Assembly (NCBI GenBank): GCA_951406725.2
Contig: OX597824.1
Location: 71,796,001 to 71,860,000 of the forward strand
Source of the DNA: Octopus vulgaris
Taxonomy: Eukaryota
DNA length: 64,000 nt
Direction of reading: 5' to 3'
Shown here: positions 54,438 to 64,000 of the stretch, piece after piece
How the letters are laid out: the number at the start of each line of letters is the position of its first letter
Position numbering within the stretch: position 1 is the first letter of the stretch
The notes under the pieces: generated by a model
What the model was told of the DNA's origin: nothing
Seen by the model: the letters and a program-made list of their open reading frames with translations, nothing else
The model's database searches: none
Position numbers and translations under genes: made by a program

Positions 54438-55596
54438 GTTTGTGAGATTTCAGTTTCTGTCTTGGCTATCTGGTTGTTTATTGGCTTGTGTGTGTGTGTG
54501 TTGCTCTCTCTCCATCTCTATCTTTTTGTTTCTCTTCCTGTCTCTGTCTATATTGGTGTGACCTGCTCCTCTCACTCTGTCTACGACTTTGTGTCTGCCT
54601 GTATGTATTCTATAGATGTACTTGTTTATATATGTATATCTAAGTTCAAATTTCGCCATGGTCATCTTTGCCTTTCATCCTTTCAGGGTTGATGAAGTAA
54701 GCACCAGTTGCGCACTGGGGTTGATGTAATCAACTAACGCCCTCCCATAAAATTTCAGGCCTTGTGCCTATAGTAGAAAAGATATATAAAGAAATCATTT
54801 CCTCTACTTTTTTTTCTTTTATCGTGTCTTTTAAGTGTCTTGAGGAGGGGCCAGTAACTTTGGTCTTTACAGGTTCTCTGAAATTGGTGTCTTTCAGAAA
54901 AACAGGCAGTGAGACTTGCTTTGTAGTAAGAGGGGATGTGTAAGTTCTGAAATAGAACAAAGTCTATAGGTGTTAGAGAAGAGGAGAGAAAAATAACAAG
55001 TTTAGTCTGTTTTTGTTTTGTTTTTGATTTTTCATCTTGGAGAATCTGTAAAGGGTGATTGTGTTGTCTAGAGGTCACAAAAACCCTTCAGCTGGGAGCT
55101 TGGTTGAAATTATTGTAACAGAAACTTTGCTAAAGATCTACATGGGTCTGGTAGTGGTGTTAGTTTGTGCAGTGTGATGTGCCTAACCCCTGCCACCACC
55201 ACAAGCAAAAAAAAACAAAAACAAAAACAGAGGTGAGAGACACTCTATACTATTTATAATGAAGAATGGTGACTTGGTGACCAAAACCCTAAATGCTAAG
55301 CAATGTGTGTGTGTAGTTCCATTGCTTTTTTTACAAGTGTTTATTCATCCAGATAGCAGTTGCTAGAGTAAATTAAAAAACAGAGAAAGTTGGAGAAAGG
55401 GAGAAGGATGAAGAAAGAAAGAGTGGAGAGAGTAGGAGATCTTGTTCAGTAGATGAAATAACATCCAACTGCAAGAAATCCCAACCATAACATTTAGAAA
55501 TACTGGGTTATACCATTGAGAATTGAGAAAGCTGTTGTGATTTTGAATCATGCTATCTATGCTCCCAGAGAAAATAAACACACACGCTCACACGTA

Positions 55597-55635
<39 letters not shown>

Positions 55636-55763
55636 GCACACACATAACTGTGTGGTAAGAAACTTGGTTCCCAGCCACATTCTTCTGAGTTCAGTCTTCT
55701 ACTATAGCCTTGGGCTGACCAAAGCCTTGTAAGTGGACTTGGTAGACAGAAACTGAAAGAAGC

Positions 55764-55819
<56 letters not shown>

Positions 55820-55853
55820 CATACATACGCACACACACACACACACACATATG

Positions 55854-55905
<52 letters not shown>

Positions 55906-55937
55906 TATATGTATGTATGTGTATATATATATATATA

Positions 55938-56172
55938 TGTGGAGGCACGTGGCTTAGTGGTTAGGGTGTCAGCATCATGATCGTAAGATTGTGGTTTCCA
56001 TTCCTGGACCGGGTGACGCATTGTGTTCTTGAGCAAAACACTTCATTTCACGTTGCTCCAGTCCACTCAGCTGGCAAAAATGAGTAACGCTGCTATGGAC
56101 TGGCATCCCGTCCAGCTGGGGAACACATACACCATTGAAACCAGGAAACCGGGCCCATGAGCTTGGCTAGGC
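55938..56172 (+). mobile_element. SINE family C variant
   Basis: tRNA-like head ggaggcacgtggcttagtggttaggg. Confidence 0.8.
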
Positions 56173-56977
56173 GCATTTATTTTGTTTATATATGTGTGTG
56201 TGTGTGTGTGTGTATGTATATATAAAGCTAATAGCGAAGATGATGACGGTCAGTAAATGTTTGTGTTATATACTACATTAATTAAAATAGTTTATAACCA
56301 TCAACAATTAAATTTCTGTTTGTGAATGTGTCTGAATGAATGTATGTGTGTGTGTGTGTGTGTGTATGTGTCAGTGTCTCTAACTGAGTGCAATAAGTAA
56401 AGTGGCTTTTAAGCATTTATGTTATGCTTCTCTGTATAACTGTGTGTGTGTATATGTCAGTGTGAATGTGCAGAAGTATGCCATTAGTAGAGTGGTTTTC
56501 AAACATCTGTGTAATGTATTCCTCTGTTGGGCGGTGTATCTGTATCTGTATATTTGTATGTCTGTGTGATTGTGTGTGTGTGTCATATGGAAAGTGACTT
56601 TAAACATTCATTACATATTTTTGTCAATGTATACGTATGTGGGTGTGTGTGTGTATATACTCACACAAACATGTACATATATGCATATATGTATAAATGT
56701 ATGTGTCCGTGTTGCTCTATGTGTGTGGGAGAGGTTTTAAAGTATTTATATCATTTACATCTATGTGCATGTGTGTGTATGTGTCAGTGTCTGCATGTAT
56801 GTCCTAGTAAAGTGTTTTTTTTAAAACATATACATATTATGTTCCTATGGCTATGTATTTAAGAAATTAATATCGTAACATCATGACTTTAGGTTCAGTA
56901 TCACTGCACAGCTCTTAAGGCGTGTGTCTTCTACTGTGCAGAAGTCTGCTGTGTGTGTGTGTGTGTGTGTGAGTGTG

Positions 56978-57828
56978 TATGTCTGATCAATAAGTATCCA
57001 GACTGTTGCAATTGTAATGAAGTTAAAACACACAAAGTGAAGCTGCTTGGCATAGATTGACCTTGCATGCGCACTAAGTTTTAACATTCCAGCTCACTTC
57101 CACTCTTTACAGCAATGCTTGGAAGGAAGGTGTGTAGCGTGTGATTGTCACATTGACCATGACAGAGAAAGTTGAGCAGAGAATCTGCATCAAATTTTAC
57201 CAAAAGCTTGGCAATACCTGCTCAGAAGCCTACACGAAGTTTTCACCATTCTTGACACACTCAAGGAGATTTTGTGCAACTGAAACCCAAGTGTCTTTTT
57301 GGTGAGCTGAAAGCAGTTTTGGCACAAATTTGGCAGACATGTGTCACATACCCAAATCTTCAGTGATAATGGACTGAACTGAACCGTAACTAGTCTGCAC
57401 ATACTCTGATAACTCATGGGTGGTGATTCGATGATTTCCCTTCAATGCTGCATCACATCTGCAATGTTTTTCTCAGTTCTGCTGGTTGTGGGTCTCCCAG
57501 AACGTTTGTCAATATTGGAAACGTCTGAATCATTCGTACACTTGTGTGTGGCCCATACACTTCTCTTCATAGACTTTCTGTAACATTGCATGGGCCTCTG
57601 AGCAGTACTGCCATGATATCTTTCTCTGTCATGATCAATGCAACGATCATACGCTACACTCCTTCCTTCCAAGCACTGCTGTAAACAGTGGAAGTGAGCT
57701 AGAATGGTAAAACTTAGTGTGCATGCACACCAGCTTTCGAGGTCAATCTTTGTCAAGCAGCTTCTCTCTGCATACTTTAGCTTCATTACGATGGCAACAG
57801 TCTGGGTACTTATTGATCAGACCTTATA
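56978..57828. mobile_element. Complete palindromic mariner MITE (two inverted 5' ends)
   Basis: ~190-bp inverted arms, each containing the TIR and the transposase start ATGACAGAGAAAG. Confidence 0.9.
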
Positions 57829-58174
57829 TGTATATATATTTATACACATGTGTATATGTATGTATATATATCATCATCGTTTAATGTTTGCTTACCATGG
57901 GTTGGACAGTTTGACTGAGGACTGACAAGCTAGGAGGCTGCACCAGGCTCCAATCTGATCTGGCAAGGTTTCTACAGCTGGATGCCTTTCCTAATGCCAA
58001 CCACTCCAAGAGTATCGTGGGTGCTTTTTACATGCCACCAATACAGGCGCCAGTTAGGAGGCACTGGCATTAACCTCACTTGAATGGTGCTTTTTATGTG
58101 CCACTGGTACGGGAGACAGTGAGGCAGCACTAGCATCGGCCATATGCCACCGGCACGGGAGCCAATCCAGCAGC

Positions 58175-58435
58175 ACTCGCTCTTAACCACTACACCATAT
58201 GGCAGTGACCTGAATAATAAATATAATAATAATAATAAGAAGAAGAAGAAGAAGAATAACAACATCGAAAAATACCTTAGGAATGAGAACCCAGGTTTGA
58301 AATTTCCCCCAAGACACCTGATGAATGCTGGAGGGTATATCAACCGAAATGTGTTAACAACAAAGAAGATGATGACAAATATCCGTCAAATGTAAATAAT
58401 GTACATAATTCTTCATCTCTTAAATACAGAACTGT
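58175..58435 (+). mobile_element. Family E element with a degenerate hammerhead motif
   Basis: gacac-CTGATGA...GAAA-t-gtgtt at 58313-58355; inverted homolog at 60037-60375. Confidence 0.7.
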
Positions 58436-58456
58436 ATGTATATACATACATATATA

Positions 58457-58495
<39 letters not shown>

Positions 58496-58497
<2 letters not shown>

Positions 58498-58950
58498 GGT
58501 AGTATCAAGAAGTTCCTGGACTAGTTCTGTAGCATGCCAACAGATGGCAGCACATGGTTGTGCAGTGAGAGCTAGCAGTGACCTTCATGAGGCGATGTGG
58601 CAAGTGACATAGCTGTGCTTACTTCGCAAGTTGTGAAATTTGTTTTTTTTTATGGTCATGTGTATGCTGTAGTCTGTGATTTTGTCATGGACAGGAAGTT
58701 GGAACAAAGAACCAACATGAAATTTTGTGTTAAACTTGGGAAGTCTGCTACAGAGACATTGAGTATGCTTCAGCAAGCCTCCAGTGATGTGACGACGGGT
58801 CATATACAATGTTTCGAGTGGTGTGGGTACTTCAAAAATGGAAGAATGTCCCTGGAAGACCTGCCACAAGTATCACCCCCAGAAATGAAGAGAAAATTCA
58901 TCAGCTTGTGCATGAGCATTGCTGATGTTGTTGGTCTGTCATATGTGTCC
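58496..58950 (+). mobile_element. Mariner 5' fragment
   Basis: MDRKLEQRTNMKFCVKLGKSATETL...CFEW...FKNGRMSLED (transposase N-terminal HTH region). Confidence 0.9.
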
Positions 58951-60036
58951 TCAATGAATTACATTTAACCCATCCAAACATGGAAAAGTAGACAACTGAT
59001 ACAATACTGATGATGACACAGACAACAGAGGAGTCTGTATGGTTGTTACTTGATTAGTTAGAGTGCCTAAATCTTTACCAAATCACACCCCATTCTCAAT
59101 ACAAGAAAGACACATGAGACAGTTTGTTCCTTAGATGTACAAAAAGGCCAGGTGCTTATGGCTGAAATGCCTCTGATAGTGTCAATTCAACCAGGCCTGA
59201 CTTTGAGGCTAAATGATTTTATAATGGCAATCCAAAGTTTTCAGGTGATCATTTGACTTGTTGGAGATAACAGCCAAATCTTCATCAAATTACACTCCAT
59301 TTGTCCAAAGTGCCATACAGTTCAGGTTCAGTTACACTGCATAGCACTTTGGGCATCTACTATAGTCCCAGGTTGACCAAAACCTTGTGAATGGATTTGG
59401 TAAGCGGAAACTTAAAGAACTTTGGTGTATGTATATATATGCATGTGTGTGTATGTTTGTATCTCCTTTTCTTGACATCAGATAATAGTTTTAAATGAGT
59501 GAATAATGATGATGTCTTAAAAAGGGAAAGTTGCATTGGGTAATGTAGTCTAAGATAGAATATTATGCCTAACAATCCTTTCTACTATAGGCACAAGGCC
59601 TGAAATTTTGTAGGAAGAAGGTTGGTATATTACACCAGTCCCAGTGTTCATCTGGTACTTATTTCATCAATTCCAAAACGATAAAAGGCAAAGTTGACCT
59701 CTGTGGAATTTGAACTCAGAGCATAAGTGTGGATGAAATGCCGCTAAGCATTTTGTCCAGCATGCTAAGGATTCTGGTAGCTCACCACCTAAAATTGGTT
59801 AATTATAATAAAAGAAGTGAAATAGAACTAGTGCGCATATTTCTAATTGGCTTAATTAACCTTCACAAGAGACAACAAAACCTGTTTCAACACATGATTT
59901 AACATGATTTGCTGAAATTATCTTTACTTGGAGAGAAGGTAACAAATTCCTGGTAGCAGTTGTAACCAAATTTGAATAAGGAAGGGAGATAATCTTAAAA
60001 CTCAAGAATTCGCCAGAATCAATATGCTATTTTTTT

Positions 60037-60375
60037 ACAGTTCTATATTTAAGAGATGAGGAATTATGTACATTAATTACATTATTTACATTTGACGGAT
60101 ATTTGTCCTCCTCTTGTTTGTTGTTAACACAATGTTTCGGCTGATATACCCTCCAGCACTTCATCAGGTGTCTTGGGGAAATTTTAAACCTGGGTTCTCA
60201 TTCTTAAGGTATTTTTCAATGTTGTTGTTGTTGTTGTTGTTGTTTTTGTTGTTGTTGTCGTCGTCGTCGTCGTCGTCAATATTATTAACCACTACATCAT
60301 ATGCCCATGGTGTAGTGGTTAAGAGCGCGGGCTACTAACCTCAAGATTCCGAGTTTGATTCCAGGCAGTGACCTG
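60037..60375 (-). mobile_element. Family E element with hammerhead motif and inverted tRNA-like head
   Basis: Minus-strand gacac-CTGATGA-agt-gctg..cagc-c-GAAAC-ATT-gtgtt at 60126-60172; palindromic head at 60285-60322. Confidence 0.72.
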
Positions 60376-60751
60376 AAGCAGCATCATCATCATCATTTAA
60401 TGTCCGCTTTCCATGCTAGCATGGGTTGGACGATTTTGACTGAGGGCTGGTGAATCAGATGGCTGCACCAGGCTCCAATCTTGATCTGGCAGAGTTTCTA
60501 CAGCTGGATGCCCTTCCTAACGTCAACCACTCCGAGAGTGTAACGGGTGTTTTTTACGTGCCACCGGCACGGGGGCCAGTCAAGCGGTACTGGCAACGAC
60601 CTTGTTCGAATCTTTTTACACATGCCACCGGCAAATAATAATAATAATAATAATAATGACAATAACAACAAGAAGAATGGATGCAATAGAACATGATTTC
60701 CCATGGTGAGATCAAACTCAGAAGTATGTGGTAACAAAGCAAACTTCTTGG

Positions 60752-60870
60752 GCATAGAGCACCTGGGTCTCCAAAATAAAACCACCAGTCTAAGTATTAA
60801 CTAAGCTCAACCTTACTTTACTTCAGTGGTCAAATGAGAACCAGTGTTTTTAACTAGATGTGGCTGTAAA
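60752..60870 (-). pseudogene. 5S rRNA pseudogene
   Basis: Minus strand tttacagccacatctagttaaaaacactggttctcatttgaccactgaagtaaag...gttaatacttagactggtg...cccaggtgctctatgc is collinear with metazoan 5S rRNA over ~119 nt, with many CpG-type transitions. Confidence 0.8.
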
Positions 60871-60916
60871 TATTTAATGTATTCCCATATTTATTATAGT
60901 TAATTTTTCATTGCAG

Positions 60917-60988
60917 GTTTTTGATGTTCGAAGTACTGATGAGTTCACAGTGGAATGGATAGAAGAGAAGCTGAAACATACTGCTTAA
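60917..60988 (+). CDS. GMF: GMF last coding exon (VFDVRSTDEFTVEWIEEKLKHTA*)
   Basis: ttttcattgcag acceptor; VF..R...T.EW..EKL C-terminal motif; TAA at 60986-60988. Confidence 0.96.
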   Translation, partial: VFDVRSTDEFTVEWIEEKLKHTA

Positions 60989-61570
60989 AGAATAACGTCT
61001 GTGAAATAACTTCTACTTTATTGTTTTTTTTTGTTCATTCTGTCTGTCTGTTGCTCTCTCTGTTCTCCCTCTCTCTGTCTCTCTCTTTTTCTCTATCTCT
61101 CTCTTTTTCTCTATCTCTATCAACCTGAGTTGTCTGGGGTTTTTTAACATTTTGATTTTTTTTTCTTTTCCACATATTTTTTTTTACCTATGTTCTGCCC
61201 TTATCTTATCCACTAATTCATATTAAATTTATTTTAGTTAACAGATAAAAAGAAAACAAATACTCCTACACATTCACATATATACACATACACTGATCCA
61301 TACACTTGCTCTCTCGCTTACTCACATACACACATACACACTTGTTTATAGTAAAGACAAAATAGCTGAGTGGATAAGATATTCGGACTGCTGGTTCAAG
61401 GACTGTATATTCAAGTATGCTGTAAGAGTTTTGTTGTGTTTCTGGGGCAAGGCACTATGTTCTACACTGTGTTCAGTTAGCCTAGATGTCTGGGCCAGAC
61501 TCCTGGTTTTTCTGGGAAATTTTCCTGTGATAGATTGGTATCTGGGATATATAGACTGACACCTAAGATG

Positions 61571-61619
<49 letters not shown>

Positions 61620-62179
61620 TAGTAACTGTTGTTACATCTATATTATGGTTTCGTGCTAGTACCCAAGTATTTGCACACAGTGAACTTCAACAGATTTCCA
61701 CATCAGTTGAGGAAGCTAATGGTTTCACACTGGTGTCCTTGGAAATCTGCTGAAGATCACTGTGTCCGAATACCTGAGCACTAGCATGAAACAAGTTCCT
61801 AAATACTCTATGAGACTCCCCACAAGTGTGTATTGAGCACCATTCGATTATTGTTTTTTGCGTGAAAAAAAAACAACAACGTCCAACTATGCTCCTTACA
61901 CATGCACGCGCACACACATACGCAAACACACACAAAGTCACACACACATACGTGGGATGTTGTCTTTGGTTTTCTCCAACAAACACATAAAAGGGTGCTC
62001 AAATACATGCGTGTTGTGAAAGTATGCAAATTTTGATATATGTACATCTATGAGTGTGTTAACTAAGCTTTTAGGTATCACACCCACTGATGATCATTTC
62101 AGTTGCTTCCAAATGATGTTGGCTTTGCCAATTCTTTATGGTATGGATATGGAATCCTATTATCTCACTTGCACATATA

Positions 62180-62261
62180 CACAGGGTGATTCAGAAATTC
62201 TTTTAGCATTTAAATAACAAAGAATATTAAAATACTAAAACGACTTTTGAATCACTGTGTG
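62180..62261. mobile_element. 82-bp Tc1/mariner-type mini-MITE
   Basis: TA-cacagggtgattcagaa ... ttttgaatcactgtgtg-TA. Confidence 0.65.
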
Positions 62262-62271
62262 TAAGTATACT

Positions 62272-62332
<61 letters not shown>

Positions 62333-62879
62333 ATATATATATATATATATGATACAGTATACATATATGTATATATATGTGTATATGTTTATATATATAC
62401 ACACACATACACACACATGAATGTGTGTATCTATTTATATTCAAAATAATATTTGTGCAAACCACAAAAAGCTATTTTTCTTTGTTAGATGATTTTATTT
62501 TCTAAGCTTCAAAATAAATCGTTTTTCACCAAAATAAAAGAATTTGAAAAGAAAATCTTGAAAAAAGTTAAAGAAAAAAAAATAACACTTGAAACTTGTT
62601 CTCTAACACATATACTCCACATGTCATGAGTAATTAAACACATTAGTAATAATAATAATAATAATAATGCTATTAATATTGATATTAATAATAATAATGA
62701 CATTCTAATTAATGATTTATTTTTGACTAGGTGCAAATCTAATTCTTTGGCAAATGTGGTATGGAACATATTGTTGTTTAAATGAATCATAAAATATGAT
62801 TGGTACTTACTTTCATGATTACCCTCACTAGCAATGTAAAACAGTTCAAACTCAGAATGTGCTGGGTTTAGCTGTCACT

Positions 62880-63176
62880 TGCAAGTGAGTATGACCTGGT
62901 AGTTTGTGCCATGCTTTCGCTAAATGTTTTAGGTTCCCATGTAGTTGTGAGCAGACGTATTCACACTCTCTGTCTTCCCATACTTAAACCCAGCTGAATA
63001 TCAATGATGCCACAGCTGGAAGGAGAGAGAGTTGCACCAGCAGTTGAGTAGACTGGAACAGTGTGAAATGAAGTACCTTGCTCAAGGACATAACGCACTG
63101 CATAGTTCAGGAGTTGAACCCACAGCCTGACGATCAAGAGCCCAACACCCTAGTTGCTGAACCACACATCTTCACA
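62880..63176 (-). mobile_element. SINE family C, old copy
   Basis: gactggaaca.gtgaaatgaagtaccttgctcaaggacataacgca...gaaccc core. Confidence 0.7.
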
Positions 63177-63263
63177 ACTCAGAATGTAAAAGGTTGAATT
63201 TTGTATATTGTAAAGATATTAAACCTAGTGCTTTGCAATTCTTACCAGTTGCCTTGTCCTATC

Positions 63264-63299
<36 letters not shown>

Positions 63300-64000
63300 T
63301 CTTTTTTATATTGTCTCAATGCCACGTCCACAGATTTTGTGGGAACAGATATATAAATTGATTGAATTGACTTCAGTACACAGCTGGTATTTGCTTTAAT
63401 CAATCCCTGAATTATGAAAGGGCTAAATTCCCTTTGGTGGAAAATGTACACAGCATGTGGTGGGGCGATACTAAATTTTAAAAGTAATGCAATATTGTAC
63501 AGTTTCTGCAACTTTGCCTCTGTTAATAATAATAGCAAGAACACCAACAAGAACAAGAACAACAATAATAATAATAATTATATGCCACAGGAATGTTGGA
63601 TGAAAGGAACATTATGAAAACAGGTTACAATAAGGTATGGGGGTTTACATAAAAATCATACAAGGAAAATTGTATGTGTTTTATATTAATATGATTATGT
63701 ATATAACATTTTTTATTGATATTTTTTTAAAAAATCAATAAGAAATCCTTGGTTTTTGTATTTGGTTTGCAAGATTCTTGATTTGAATATTGTGTTGAAT
63801 GACCCTCTCTAGCCACAATAAGAAATCCTCTGAGGAACTAGTATAGTGGAATTAGTAGAGAGCTTGACTAAATGCTATGTAGTATTTAGTTTTTTTTTTT
63901 GTCACTCTACATCCTGAACTTAAATTTCATCAGAGGTGACATTTTATATTTCTTCCTCACCAGATAGATATAGGATAAGTACCAGTTATGTACAGGGATT

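Noticed and set aside
61748-61775. ctgaaga...cgaat hammerhead-like string
   Set aside because: GAAA core broken and stems do not pair.

Overview
Eukaryotic, AT-rich, microsatellite-dense genomic DNA. The SINE/RTE/mariner repertoire suggests an octopus (coleoid cephalopod); this is inferred, not proven. One protein-coding gene is well supported: a + strand glia maturation factor (GMF, ADF-H family). Five coding exons (27658-60988) splice in frame to 139 aa plus stop; the ATG-only first exon is only tentatively placed at 20106. Most of the rest is tRNA-derived SINEs, RTE and R4/Dong-like LINE fragments, mariner/maT remnants and MITEs, non-autonomous Helitrons, a 5S rRNA pseudogene and local duplications. 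Nearly all ORFs in the supplied track are microsatellite or repeat artefacts. The items most worth follow-up are: minimal Penelope-type hammerhead motifs in GMF introns, including a tRNA-headed, retrozyme-like family; a candidate recursive splice site with a perfect TACTAAC branch point; a candidate orphan minus-strand gene end with a duplicated exon; a palindromic mariner MITE family; and a locally templated insertion inside a SINE. No new system is established by sequence alone. Repeat boundaries were read by eye and are approximate.
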